A DNA stretch of 61,755 nucleotides, the filler included, from Globobulimina sp. (taxonomy: Eukaryota): assembly GCA_003354225.1 (NCBI GenBank). It is 20 parts of 20 records of this genome, joined end to end, with 100 filler letters (N's around TTAATTAATTAA, not from the genome) between each part and the next. Parts side by side here need not be neighbours in the genome. Positions count along the whole stretch, not along the records: positions 34,036 to 37,027 come from PIVH01004100.1; positions 37,128 to 40,119 come from PIVH01004101.1; positions 40,220 to 43,211 come from PIVH01004102.1; positions 43,312 to 46,303 come from PIVH01004103.1; positions 46,404 to 49,394 come from PIVH01004104.1; 15 more parts are not named here. The stretch is one strand, 5' to 3'. Positions 34,912-47,452 of this stretch are shown piece by piece (position 1 is the stretch's first letter; each line of letters starts with the position of its first letter). A program made the position numbers and the translations under genes. Below the pieces are notes generated by a model. The model was not told the DNA's origin. It made no database searches and saw only the letters and a program-made list of their open reading frames with translations.

Positions 34912-37027
34912 TTAAACCAACATATATTGGAATTTATCATTCATTTTTTTTGGTTTACATAAATTGCACAAATCAGTAAATCTTGTTTTGAGTAACCATA
35001 CGATTGAAAAAAAGATTTGATACAATGATGGTGCCACTAACAATGAGAAGAAAATTATTCGTAAATGAACATGTTCTGTTAATGGTTGTATTGCCAAAGC
35101 AATTATCACATCCAACAATATTATGGCTGATAATAATTTAATTGTTGTCCGTTTTGGATTATTATACCTTTCCTCGTTAACGCCATCGGGCCGCGTGCCC
35201 CAACTTAAATCGTCGATGTTTGCGCATGCATTGATAAACATAAATGATACATAAAATGGAGAACATAAAAAATAATGAAAGCTGCTCTTCAATAATTTCG
35301 TCAATGTTTTAATATCTTTGCTAACAAACGGTGCCAATACGAATGATTGCAAAATGAATGTCATTTGAATAAAAACCACGGCGAAATTAAATGGATTCCG
35401 GAGCAAAGTGTCCATGTTTGAGCTGATTACGTCTATCAACTGCATCAATGTACCAATCAGTGTCAATAAACCAAATAAATATGAGATCACAAACGTTAAT
35501 TGCACCATTCTTTCCCTTTTCATTCTTTTTATTTCACTTTGTCCGCTGCTCACAAAATAAATAAACACCAAATACATGCACCACGATACAATCATGCATA
35601 GAGTGATAATTTTATCTTTGTGCGAATCATAGCCGATTGCATCTAATATTGCTTCCAAACCATATTCAAAACTGATTGTAAATATCAGCGGCGGTGATAA
35701 TGCCAACATAATATACATTAATAACTGCATATACCACAAGGATAACACATAAAATCTTCGAAATGGATGGACTTTCCATTGCGAAAAGGATATCCTTTGC
35801 AATACAAACAACACCGTCGCAACACTCCCATTCAACCATCTCCTTCGTTGCTTCATTAATTGTGTTAAATTCGGCTGCGGATCAAAATAAAATATACATT
35901 CGGCAATCAATGAATGTCGGACTGGCAACTTGCATTTCAATATGGACGCTATAGTCAATATCCTATCTTCTGCCAATTTCATATTTCCTAATACCAAATC
36001 AACATTTTGTGCATCATTCTTTTCATTGATTTGCTCGAAATACCAGCCTCGAACCTCATCCTCCAACAAATACGACGACCGATAGAAGCCGCACGGCCCA
36101 GGTATTACCGGCAAGAAACCGCCCAACAAAAAACAGCCGATGGTGCCATACAACGCTTCAAATTCAAACGTTTGACACGCTCGCAATTGCGCGCTGCCTT
36201 CAATCTTTTTTATTATCTCAGCACTATTCTCCTTGACATCACTTTTTTCATCACTCAAAAAGATGGGACTCTGCCACCACCTTTTTGCAGTTTCATCGTA
36301 TCCAACGACAGAGTCCAAGTTGGCAATGTTGATGGTATCGTTTTGAGCAATGAAGTTTTGCAGCCCCAACTCTTGCGACATGGAATATATTCTCGCTCTG
36401 CCGGTGCAACAGACCACATCCTGGTTTTTCGCCTTTTTCATATGTTGCATCATTTGGTATAAACCCTCTCTGTTCATCGTGGAATATGCGTCGGTAAAAA
36501 ACATATAGTCGCATTTGCACCATTCGGCAAAGCCATATTTCCCTAAAAACCATTCGTGCGAATTTGCTTTTTTTCTGTTATCAATTTTGATGATTGTTGT
36601 CAGCTTTAACCATAATTTCTTGCCTTCGGAGTTAAATGGATTGATACACAATTTCTGATTGAATTTAGTTTGTAAGATTACAGTTTTATGCTTTTCTTCA
36701 TCAAACTGATTAATATTGCAATCAGCACTGCATTCGCAATTATATAACTTTGCCAAATATCGTTTCGTTGATATATCTGCTTTAAACCAGCCATCCGAAA
36801 CTAATAAAACATTAAAATGAGTGAATTTGTATCGAGATTCTTTCTTTTTAATGTACTCAAAATTGAAATATAATGAACGTAATGTTGCATGGATTTCGCT
36901 GGCCTTCTCATTGTAAAATGGCACAATTACTGCGATCGAATCGGTTAATCGGTCAATTTTCTTTGCCAACTTTCCATGCTTTATGTCATCGATCACGAGT
37001 TGGTCAAAATATTTATGTCCATTTTCT
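34912..37027 (-). CDS. Chitin synthase (GT2), 5' partial
   Basis: Motifs IPGPCGFYR, LAEDRIL, QRRRW and DDLSWGTR, followed by multiple TM helices. Confidence 0.92.
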
Positions 37028-37127
37028 NNNNNNNNNNNNNNNNNNNNNNNNNNNNNNNNNNNNNNNNNNNNTTAATTAATTAANNNNNNNNNNNNNNNNN
37101 NNNNNNNNNNNNNNNNNNNNNNNNNNN

Positions 37128-38680
37128 GGTTCAGGTGTAGGCCATTCTGTTGGTTCTGGAGCTATATTACATGTATATATCAATATCAATATCAATATGT
37201 AAATCCGACAAAATCAGAATAAAAAAACACTATACAAACTTGGCCATTCAGTTGGTTCAGGAGCTGTGTGTATACATAATTAGAATCAACAATTAAATTG
37301 CAATGATAAATAATAACACTAAACTGGGGTATTCTGTGGGTTCTGGTGTAGGCAATTCTGTTGGTTCAGGAGTAGGCCATTCAGTTGGCTCTGGTGTTGG
37401 ATATTCTGTCGGTTCTGGTGTAGGCCATTCAGTTGGTTCAGGAGCTATATATATATATATATATTTTATTAATCCGATAAAATCAAAATTAAAAACATCA
37501 TATCAACAGAACTTGGCCACTCTGTGGGTTGAGGAGTTGGTGCATCAGTCTGTAGTGTGCAAATCGTTGGCAATAAACAATGTTCAATGATATCATCAAA
37601 CTCCGCAATGCTAACACCTTTGCTACGATCTCCAACACAAATCCTATCCGAATTATTATCTGTTAAACATAACAGATATTTCTTTGCAATCTTTTTCTTG
37701 ATTACATTTTTTGCTTTGGACGCATCGATTAAATTAACGGCGTAAACCTCAATTCCGTTTGTATCTAAGTCTAAAGGACACGGACAAATATCCATTTGAT
37801 AGCAAGCAGAAACAATTACCATTTTAACATGTCTATCATGATCAGTATCAAATTGCGATATTGCAAATTCAACAGCACTCCGTAGATCTATCTGACCCGC
37901 ACCACCTTCCATACACTCGCCTTGTTCTCGAATAGTTTGTACGTATTCATTTGGTCGTTTTTGTAACAATTCTTCATCAAAATCTACAATTATTTCGGGC
38001 TTTCCATTTGTTTGAAATTCTAATGTTTGCACCCTCGATAATGGATAATCTAATAACAGAGAGATAATTTCACCAACACCTTCCAATAAGGCGTCACAGT
38101 CAGCTGTTTTTAGAGCGCATGTGTTGTCGTATAATACAATAAAATCAAATTTCTTATCATCTCGCAGTTCACAAACATCTCTGATTGGCGAATTTGTTGG
38201 TTCGTACGTTGGCCAATTTGTTGGTTCTGGAGCTGTGTATATACATTATAGAAACTGATAAAATCCGACAGTAAAAACATTATTACAAAACTTGGCCATT
38301 CAGTCGGTTCTGGAGTGGGCCATTCAGTCGGTTCGGGTGCTATATATATATAGCCGATCCGATAAAATCGGAGTGTAAAAATATGAACGCAAAACTTGGC
38401 CATTGGGTCGGTTCAGGTGTTGGCCATTCCGTAGGTTCAGGTGTTGGGTATTCTGTAGGTTCTGGTGCTACATATATATAATTATAAAAACCGATAAAAT
38501 CTGAATTAGAAACAATATGACAAAACTTGGCCATTCTGTTGGCTCAGGTGTTGGCCATGCTGTCGCTATGTAAAAGGGGAAACGTTATAACTATGAGATG
38601 CTATGTATGTCATGCAATATTATTACAAAACTTGGCCATTCTGTTGGCGAAGGTGTTGGCCGCATTGTAGGTTCGGGAGC
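37128..38680 (-). CDS. Mucin-like surface protein with (PTEWPT/PEPTE)n stalk exons and a VWA-like domain; many introns; partial
   Basis: Repeated APEPTEWPT-coding exons separated by similar 56-78 nt GTT...AG introns; VWA-like exon 37513-38105 (DLRSAVEFAISQF...KMVIVS...GIEVYAVN). Confidence 0.75.
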
Positions 38681-39232
38681 TAATGGTTTTATAATTTATA
38701 GCGTGTGTTGAGTGTGTGTATGTGTTTGGGGTTTTTGTACAAATCAAAACTTGGATCATCATAATTTGATTTTGCCCATAAACCTCCTGAGACGGAATAA
38801 TGATTTTTCTTCTTTTTCTTGATTGCTTTGTCTGTTTTTTATACGATATGTTTGTTGTTATACGATATATAATTGTGTCTTGATTGAGAGTGTGTTTTCG
38901 TTATCATTCCTATGAAAACACTTAAAATATCCATAAAAGACAAAACTTGAGTTTGGAGGCCATCGGTTTTTGGTATCACTATCGCTGTAGCTATCACTAT
39001 CGGACAATACAACTACTTGTACGATGTTATGAAATTGATTTATATACATTTGAATTTGAAGGTGTAAACAAACTCAACTTTGAAATGAGGTCATGAGGCA
39101 TGATAATGCGACTGTATATTTAATATTTGGCACGATAAAGAGTGTAATAAGTATGTATATCAATTTAATAAACATACTGAGTAAACAAAATGATTTCATT
39201 TTTGAATTTGTTGTGTAAGGAGAGGATGGTGG

Positions 39233-40119
39233 ATGCACAGTCAGCTAAAAACGCATGTTGTTCAAACTACTAACTATAACTCGCAATATATAATCAATTT
39301 TATTAATACTTGCATAGGTGTTGGCATACTGGCAAAGCCATATGCAATTGAAATTGTTGGATGCTATTCTATTGTGTCCATATCCATGGCAGTATTATTG
39401 GTCACTTACACTGCCTGCTTAATTGCCAAAATAACGGCCAATACATTTAATATATCGGATAAAATAATGTACGAAATGGTAAATAGTAACATTGAAAGCG
39501 ATCAAAATGAAGAAACAGAAATAATCGAAACTGATGTTGATATTTTACAAACAGAACAAGCAAAAAAATCCATTTCAAGCAATGGGGTACAAAGCTATGG
39601 GTTCCTTTGGCGAATATTATGTAAATATTGTTGTTTTGGTACAGATGACAGAAATGTGTATTACTACATTGATAATTGAATTTTGTTTATTTGTTTGGTT
39701 ATATGTACATTGCCATTTATATTTGTTGTAAATTGGAAGCAATTAACATTTGTATCTATGATATCTGTCATTGCCATTGGTTTTATTTTATTGGCAGTTA
39801 TTGCAATATATGTGTTGACTGTATTAAAATTCGGGAATAAATCTGTGCCGACTCAATATTATGAATTTAATTCTGTTAATACATTTAAATCAGAAAATAC
39901 AGCACAATACGCAGTGGATAATATGATGTTAATTTCAAGGATATTTTTTAGTTTTCTTGTATTTAGAACCGGAATGACAGCACATTCGACACTTCCTGTA
40001 TTAATTCAAGGATTAAAAGACCAAAGGTGGAGCAACATTGTATATTTAATACTAATGTCTTCCATAATTGCTGCACGTGTTTGTGTCAAATTTGCTTTAT
40101 TGATTACAGGTTTCCATAT
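39233..40119 (+). pseudogene. Aa_trans (AAAP) amino-acid transporter with at least two frameshifts; 3' partial
   Basis: IINFINTCIGVGILAKPYA N-terminal motif; the TM-coding frame switches near 39565 and 39680. Confidence 0.65.
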
Positions 40120-40785
40120 NNNNNNNNNNNNNNNNNNNNNNNNNNNNNNNNNNNNNNNNNNNNTTAATTAATTAANNNNNNNNNNNNNNNNNNNNNNNNN
40201 NNNNNNNNNNNNNNNNNNNCAAAGACCGCTTTAATTTAAGAATGTTTTTTTTTTACACGAACACTAACTCTGTCGTTTTGTTTTACACTCTAGCTAACCC
40301 AAAAACCTTGCCAATCACAAAAGAAGTGTTTAGAAGTTTAAGCCTAAAAAGTCAATTATATCTCAGAATCAAACAACATTATTAATAAATTAAATTAGCA
40401 ATGTTTCACGATAATAAAGTGCTAAGCCTCGGCTTGTTCGCGTACAACGCCAATAATATTTGAACAGCAATAAAGCCAAACAACTGTTTTCATTCAAATT
40501 CGTCCTATTTGCAGCATAATTATGATGCGTAAATAATTTACAAAATTGCACTAATCATATTTAAACAACTCATTTAAGCTGAAATCGTATTGCCTAACTT
40601 TGGTTGCATTATAATCGCTATGAATTAAATATTATAATTAATGTACCTAGTTTTTAATTGTTTGCCAGGAAGTGATGTGTCTTTGTTGTTGATATTCTAA
40701 TTGGTAGGATCGTGGACTGATGGAGACATGGCAAGAATAATTTATGCTCACTCAACTCACTCATCTTTTAGTTAAAAGTTAAAAC

Positions 40786-42294
40786 ATGGAGCCAACAAAA
40801 ATAACAAAAAAGAAAAAGAAACAAAATTTTGTAAAATATTCATACTGGAATCCTCGACCAAAAAATAAATGCATTGGATTTAGTGAGAAACCAATTTATT
40901 TAATTTGTAGTGATTTCTATGCAAATTTATGTTCAAAAATTGAAGCAGATAAGAATAAATACAATATTTTTTGGGAATTGATAAAAGCATACAAATTGAA
41001 TGATAATCAATTATATGGGAATAAATTGCGCATAATAGAACCATCGGTAGCAACAAGAGAAGATTTATTATTATATCATGATGAAAATTATATTTGTTTG
41101 TTGGAAACAATTGAAAATTATCCCCCATATTCAAGACAAACACAAGAAGAAAAAGATTTGATCACAGAATATGGCCTGATTGACGATTGTCCGATATTTG
41201 ACGATTTGTATGAATATTCATTACATATTGTTGGGTCATCTCTGCTCTGCGCACAGTTATTAAAAGAAAACAAAACAAGAATCGCCATTAATTTTGGTGG
41301 TGGCAGACATCATGCTTTTAGTAGCAAAGCAGCTGGATATTGTTATGTAAATGACATCATTTTATGCATTGATTCATTGTTATTATGTGATAGATTTAAC
41401 AAAATATTATATTTTGATTTGGATTTGCATCATGGCGATGCCATACAAGCCGCATACTATTCCACTAGCAACGTATTCTGTGCTTCGATACATTACAAAG
41501 ACATTGATTTCTTTCCACAAACAGGTTGTGGCGAGAAAACTAAATTTGGTGATAAAAATGGTGAATTTTATAATTTAAATATTCCAATTTCAAAGTTTGA
41601 ATTACGCGATGACGCATTTTGTGATATAATAAATAAATTATGCCACAGATTGAATTATTTGTACCAACCGGATTGTATCGTAGTATGTTGTGGCTGTGAC
41701 GGATTACAATCTGATAAATTGCAGAAATGGAATTTAACTATAAATGGTATCTCAAAAGCTGTCAATACGATCATTACACAAATGGATAAACCCACTGTTT
41801 TGTTAGGTGGAGGTGGCTATAATCCGGTGGATACTGCAAAATGTTGGACTAAAATTGTTAGTAACACTGCACAAATACCCATCACAAATGATATACCATA
41901 TCACAATAATTTTACACAATTTGCACCTCATTATTTATTAAATCAGATTATAGTACCAATCACGCATCAGAATAAGAAGACGAATCACAATCATAAAAAA
42001 AATATCCATGCTATGCAACTCATATATGCACATTTAAACAATTTTGAACGCTTATTTGTCCAAACAAATTTGAAAAATAATAAAAACATTATTAAAAATG
42101 GAGTCAAATCAATAAAAAATAACAAAAAAAATAAAAACAAAAAAAAACAGCCCGAAATCAAAGAACAAGAAGATATTGACTTAACCACTGATAATAATAA
42201 TGATGATAACAATGACAATCAGCCAGTTGGCACAAAACGAAGCAAACCAACAACTAATACTTGCCGGTCACGTAGAAAACGCAGAAAATTATAG
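40786..42294 (+). CDS. HDAC8: Class I histone deacetylase (HDAC8-like)
   Basis: Motifs YGLIDDCP, GGGRHHA, GYCYVND, DLDLHHGD, FFPQTG, CGCD and GGGGY. Confidence 0.88.
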   Translation: MEPTKITKKKKKQNFVKYSYWNPRPKNKCIGFSEKPIYLICSDFYANLCSKIEADKNKYNIFWELIKAYKLNDNQLYGNKLRIIEPSVATREDLLLYHDENYICLLETIENYPPYSRQTQEEKDLITEYGLIDDCPIFDDLYEYSLHIVGSSLLCAQLLKENKTRIAINFGGGRHHAFSSKAAGYCYVNDIILCIDSLLLCDRFNKILYFDLDLHHGDAIQAAYYSTSNVFCASIHYKDIDFFPQTGCGEKTKFGDKNGEFYNLNIPISKFELRDDAFCDIINKLCHRLNYLYQPDCIVVCCGCDGLQSDKLQKWNLTINGISKAVNTIITQMDKPTVLLGGGGYNPVDTAKCWTKIVSNTAQIPITNDIPYHNNFTQFAPHYLLNQIIVPITHQNKKTNHNHKKNIHAMQLIYAHLNNFERLFVQTNLKNNKNIIKNGVKSIKNNKKNKNKKKQPEIKEQEDIDLTTDNNNDDNNDNQPVGTKRSKPTTNTCRSRRKRRKL

Positions 42295-42400
42295 AATGTT
42301 TTTTTTTTTGTTTTTTTTTTCTTATTTAAATGTCAATTATGTCAAGAAGTATGAGTATGAGTCTTAGTACAGGTTGTCAATTAAGAGTTATTTTACTTAT

Positions 42401-43211
42401 TTATAATTCTTGCTTTGTGGTCGATTCTTCGCCCTCTAAGAAACCATTTAATACATTCATTCTCAAAACAAAATTATCCCTTTTCTCTTTTGTTATACTT
42501 TTGATAGCCGATGTTGTCATTTTTTTTAATCGATTACGTTCATTTGAAGCATATTCATCTCCTTTATCAGTAATTTTGCCGGTATACTTTAAATAATATT
42601 TACAATCAGATTCTCTATCTTGACAAACTTCATTTAATTCTTGCAATATGGCATCTCTTTCATTAGAATCAGAAAGAGTTAAAAATTTATTTGCCAATAT
42701 ATCCAATTCTGGGAATCTGCCAGCCTATAAATTATATAATACATCGCATATATAATATAAATGCATACAATACAGTAATACTTAACAGATCGACTCAATG
42801 TTCCATCCATATTTCTTCTGGTTCCAGCATTTTCATTTAAAAATGAAACAAATGCATCAGCAGTTCGTGCCGATTTATATTCTAAAACATCATCAGAATT
42901 TTTAGGGAAAAAACGAATTGTTGGATAGCCTTTGACATCGTATCTGGAACTAACCACTTCATTTTCTGTGGCATCTACTTTTGCCACAACAACATTTTCC
43001 TCGTTTTTAAAGGCAGAGGCAACTGCGTCGTAAACTGGTTTTAATTTTTTGCAATGTCCACACCATGGCGCATAAAATTCAACCAATACATCTTTACTTT
43101 TATCCAACGCAATTGCATCAAAATTACTATCTGTTAATGTTGTCACCGCTGATGGTGCCTCCAACACTTTTGCTGATGTCCCTGATCTCTTACTAATAAA
43201 TGAAACAACTT
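42401..43211 (-). CDS. ER protein disulfide isomerase (thioredoxin plus ERp29-like C-terminal domain), 5' partial
   Basis: VEFYAPWCGHCK and GYPT; intron 42725-42786; C-terminal KQEL retention signal. Confidence 0.92.
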
Positions 43212-43575
43212 NNNNNNNNNNNNNNNNNNNNNNNNNNNNNNNNNNNNNNNNNNNNTTAATTAATTAANNNNNNNNNNNNNNNNNNNNNNNNNNNNNNNNN
43301 NNNNNNNNNNNCCTATCAAGAAATTATGAATGGTGGATCCGTTGAATTTGAAATGGCAAATAAGCCAAATAAAAAATGGGCAAGCAGCATTGAATCAAGA
43401 CCACCATCAATTACAAAAACTCATATCAAATCTTAATAAACGTTGTTCGAACAGCTTTGCTTCCTCTTTAATATCATATGTTTTCTTAGATCCTTCCTTT
43501 TCAGAAACTCCTTTAGTCAGAAACTCTCAGAGTCAGAGTTGTGTCGCCTAAGTTTTACGATAAGTTCTGTGCTAA

Positions 43576-45120
43576 TCAAATATGAAACAATTTTCTGAAA
43601 TCATCTGGAGATTTATTTGATTTATTCAATATATTTTGATTGAATGCTTTCTTATTATTGTGCTCATTTGTTATTTTTTTGTGTTTAAGCTTTGATTTTC
43701 TGTGTCCAATGGAACGTGGTTTAAATGCTAACTTATCCACAAAATCTGAAGACACTTTACTTACTTCCTTTTTATATCTTTCTTCCTCCGATTTATATCT
43801 TAAAACTTGAATAACGTTATTTTGATAAACACAGTTATTACATTTCAACGCCTTTTCAACCGAGCTATTATCCACAAATTCGACATAACCAAATCCTTTC
43901 AAACTATTTCTATCTTTCATTAATCGGATCTCTTTAATCTCACATCCATCCAACACACTTTTGATACATTCATTCGCTTCATTTTGATCCATATTCTTAT
44001 CCAACCCCTTCACAAAAACAGTATTATAATTCGCATCATTCTCACTTTCAATGTTCCGATATCTCTCAACTCGCAATATTTTGCCTTGAACCGACTGTCC
44101 ATTTAATTCCTCAATACATTGTATCGCAGACTTTTTATGGCTATATTCAATATATCCAAATCCACGCAATTTACTGTTATGTTTTGCATTTTTGTCAGTC
44201 GGCAATTTAATGCTTGACACTTTGCCATACTCTTCAAATAATTTTGTGATATCTTTTCTGTTCATTGTTTTACGGAAATTCACCACAAAAACACTACGTT
44301 GTTCAAAAGTGCCTTTCTCTGAAACAGCCACATAATTTTCATCATTTCTCTGCCTCTTTTCATTAACATTCTCATTCATTTTATTCTCATTCATTTTCGC
44401 CTTTTTCTTGACTGGCTCAACATATTTAATTTCAATGTCATTAGCAATACCAACGCTGACACTGCTTTTTCTTTTTTTTTTCATCCGCTTTTCTTCATTC
44501 TTTTTCTTTCGAATCTCTTCTAATTTCAATTTCTTTTTATATCGACATTGGGCATCATTCAGTGACTGTACATCGCCGCACATCCTCTCAAATAACAGTA
44601 ACTTTTCCGCAATATATTGCAGACCGCTGTCGGTATCCAAAACATGCATAGCTCGGTGGTATAGCTGCCGAATGCGATAAATATTATTCTGTCCATGCGG
44701 TAATTGTTTGTTATTCTTCATTTTCGCCGATTTCACAGCTTGTAACTCACCAAAATTCGCCTCCCATTCAATAAACAAAAGCCATAAATTCCATTCTTTC
44801 CCTTGTTTCTTAATCAATTGCTCCCACAAACTGCGAGCACCGCCAATATCCCTCACAAAACGCGACAAAAAGTCCGTATAAAAAGTGTAAAATATAGGTA
44901 TCCATCGGTTGCAAATAATTCCATCTCTTCAAACACCTGTTTTGCGTCGACAATTAACGCATTATCTTCCTTCAACTCGTCATATCTTTCACTCATTGCA
45001 CAGTGCGCTCTGCGTCGATAATACTCACATTTGGCAATCACAATTTGCATATATTTGTCCATTTGCATGGCACCACCAAACGTCACAGCATCTTTCCTCT
45101 TTTTCTCATTATCCAACAGA
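43576..45120 (-). CDS. SART3/Prp24-like HAT plus two-RRM protein; 5'-truncated; homopolymer frameshift near 44880
   Basis: HAT-like ARSLWE...LWLLFIEWE; RNP1 motifs RGFGYIEY and KGFGYVEF; terminal AFKPRS...KSPDDFRKLF (Lsm-interaction-like motif). Confidence 0.85.
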
Positions 45121-45122
45121 AA

Positions 45123-45899
45123 GGTGCTTTTAGTACATTGAGCATAAATTTATTTGGATCGATTGTTGGTGGATCGCGAGTACCGTATCGGATGAGTTTA
45201 GATGGACTATTACCTGCTGTTTTGAGTAAAGTTCATCACCAAACAAGAACACCATTTACATCTATTTTGTCATACGGAATTATATCGCTATTCATCTCAA
45301 TGTTTGTGGATTTAAGTGATGTATTATCGTTTGCTTCGACATCAGTTTTAGTAAATCATACCATCGTTGCTCTCGGAACATTATTGATTAGATATTGCCC
45401 CGCATCATTACAGAAAATGCGTAGTGAAGATATGCCGGTTGATATGTGTACGGATATACAATTAACATCATTTTGGTCTGATATGATGATTTATAAATTT
45501 ATATGTTCATTGTTTTTTATTTCGTTGTTAGAATCATTTGTTGCTGTTAATTATGATTATTTTGAGAAGAATGATTTGAGAGTGTTGTGGATAATAATTG
45601 TAGTGATAGGTGGCATTATTGTGTTGGTGCAAATTGTAGTGATTATATATTTGGATAAGACACTTCCTTGGAAAGATTGGATGGATTCTAAAGATACTCC
45701 ATTGGAGAATTTGATGTTGGTGCCATTATCACCTTATTCTCAGTGTTTGTTGATAATGTTTAATTGTTATATGATTGCAAGTGCCGGAATTATATACTTT
45801 GCGCAATATCTCGCATTGCTAATATTTGGAATAATAATTTATATTTTGTACGGATATCAGCATAGTAATATGAACGTTTCGAGGCAATCATTACTGTAA
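45123..45899 (+). CDS. Cationic amino-acid transporter (APC/SLC7-like), C-terminal half only
   Basis: SRVPYRMSLDGLLP...KVHHQTRTP, LLIRY, VPLSPY and YILYGYQHS. Confidence 0.85.
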   Translation, partial: GAFSTLSINLFGSIVGGSRVPYRMSLDGLLPAVLSKVHHQTRTPFTSILSYGIISLFISMFVDLSDVLSFASTSVLVNHTIVALGTLLIRYCPASLQKMRSEDMPVDMCTDIQLTSFWSDMMIYKFICSLFFISLLESFVAVNYDYFEKNDLRVLWIIIVVIGGIIVLVQIVVIIYLDKTLPWKDWMDSKDTPLENLMLVPLSPYSQCLLIMFNCYMIASAGIIYFAQYLALLIFGIIIYILYGYQHSNMNVSRQSLL

Positions 45900-46403
45900 A
45901 TAAACATCTTAAAACCAGACTTTACTTCTGGTGATCATGATCTTCCTCAGCTCTGAAAGTAATAAACAGCTTTGTTTTTTGTTTGCGTATGGTTTATTTA
46001 CTTATTTTATTTTCTTCGTCAAAAAGTTAACTTGAAAAATCATTTGGCGGAGCTGTATATATTATCCGCATTATGTTTCCTCACTTCTTAAAACTATGTT
46101 CCGCAAAAATAGTGCCATACAAAGTATAGCTGAATTATAATTATTGAAATAAAATGCTACAAATCACCAATTGGAAAATTAACAATTAATAAATAACAAT
46201 CATTAAAATTAGTTCTGCAGCTGTGTAACATGATGCAAGTACACTAAATTTAACTTTTTGTGTGCTAAAAATATAAACATACACTAAATTTAACTTTTTG
46301 TGCNNNNNNNNNNNNNNNNNNNNNNNNNNNNNNNNNNNNNNNNNNNNTTAATTAATTAANNNNNNNNNNNNNNNNNNNNNNNNNNNNNNNNNNNNNNNNN
46401 NNN

Positions 46404-46721
46404 TGGGAGGGTGTTTTATTGACTCTACCAGTAAATTACAGAAAAAACACTCGTATAATTCTCATTTACCTCTCAAAGTTATCGGACAAGATTTTTCGTG
46501 TAGTACCCGGTACAATGGAAATTTCCCTCGATAGCCGAGTGATAAAGGGGTCTAATTTTCTCGAACTGTTGTACTCCTTACACAATAATCTACAAAAACA
46601 TCACCCCATTGCCATGCCTCAATTTCTATATTTGCTTTCCCATGCTACCGGACTGCCATCTTTTACTATTCAAAATGTAAGATTGCGAAATATCTTGTTG
46701 TCGCTCCGTAACCAGTTGTGA
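46404..46721 (+). CDS. Polinton/Maverick-associated hypothetical protein, 5' partial
   Basis: EISLDSRVIKGSNFLELL...P.AMPQFL..L....LPSFTIQN resembles a recurrent Maverick ORF pattern (E...DG..I.GSN...L...P.G...F...L...N.P...I.N); recalled, not searched. Confidence 0.55.
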   Translation, partial: WEGVLLTLPVNYRKNTRIILIYLSKLSDKIFRVVPGTMEISLDSRVIKGSNFLELLYSLHNNLQKHHPIAMPQFLYLLSHATGLPSFTIQNVRLRNILLSLRNQL

Positions 46722-46773
46722 TGTACCGTTGAGATAGTTAGAGTACAGGTTTTGTGTATTATTTGATGTTACC

Positions 46774-47142
46774 ATGTGCGATAATGGACTGTATTTTTGT
46801 TTCTGTGAATTATGTGTGAGTAAAAATAAAGTAAAAATCGAAAATCTTTTTTTCCAAGCTACAAAATGTCATATAAAGGTTACCATAACCGAGGCAAAGA
46901 AGGGTACTCGAGCTTACCACAATATATTGGACTGCGTGTTCAGAGACACTGATTTGGTGGAAAAAATGAAGAGATCTGTCGTTATGGCACATTTTTTCCA
47001 TTTGGTGGACAACGACCCAATTTTAACTCACAAAGAAGCGTTCGAGTACTTGATGATGGGAGATTACGACCCCATAACAAGACTGAAATTTGACGAGGAC
47101 TTCAGAGACAGATTTATCAGACAATTAAACACTCTGAATTGA
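46774..47142 (+). CDS. Hypothetical protein in the Polinton-like contig
   Basis: 122-aa ATG-initiated ORF, co-oriented with its neighbours; possibly spliced. Confidence 0.45.
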   Translation: MCDNGLYFCFCELCVSKNKVKIENLFFQATKCHIKVTITEAKKGTRAYHNILDCVFRDTDLVEKMKRSVVMAHFFHLVDNDPILTHKEAFEYLMMGDYDPITRLKFDEDFRDRFIRQLNTLN

Positions 47143-47452
47143 TACAATGTCAAGCACCTCTCTTATTGTTCACCTACCTAAAATATGACAATTTGTGGAG
47201 TAAATTACGATATATTGTTCAAATGTTTAGGTTTTGTAATTGCACTTTACCGGGTATATGAGATTTGTATTTACCGCCTTTATTAAGATGTGCAGGATAA
47301 TGCGCCAGAGTTTAATAATCCGCACAGTCTAAAACCTTCACGCACGAACGCGAGTTGAAACTAGGTCATTTTATTTAAAGTGTCGTTTCTACATCGCACT
47401 CCCGCGCGTGCCTGTGGTAGTGCCGCTGGAGGTTATTTTAATAAATATCGAC

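Noticed and set aside
36007-36462. Antisense ORFs overlapping chitin synthase, and similar shadow ORFs elsewhere
   Set aside because: They lie opposite well-supported genes and have no recognisable motifs.
20940-44885. Programmed ribosomal frameshifting as the cause of split ORFs (near 20945, 24075, 39565 and 44880)
   Set aside because: The breaks fall in A or T homopolymer runs, go in both directions and share no motif, so sequencing error or pseudogene decay is simpler.
46241-46303. Direct repeat ACACTAAATTTAACTTTTTGTG at the contig end
   Set aside because: Only two copies at a contig terminus; likely a local duplication or an assembly end effect.
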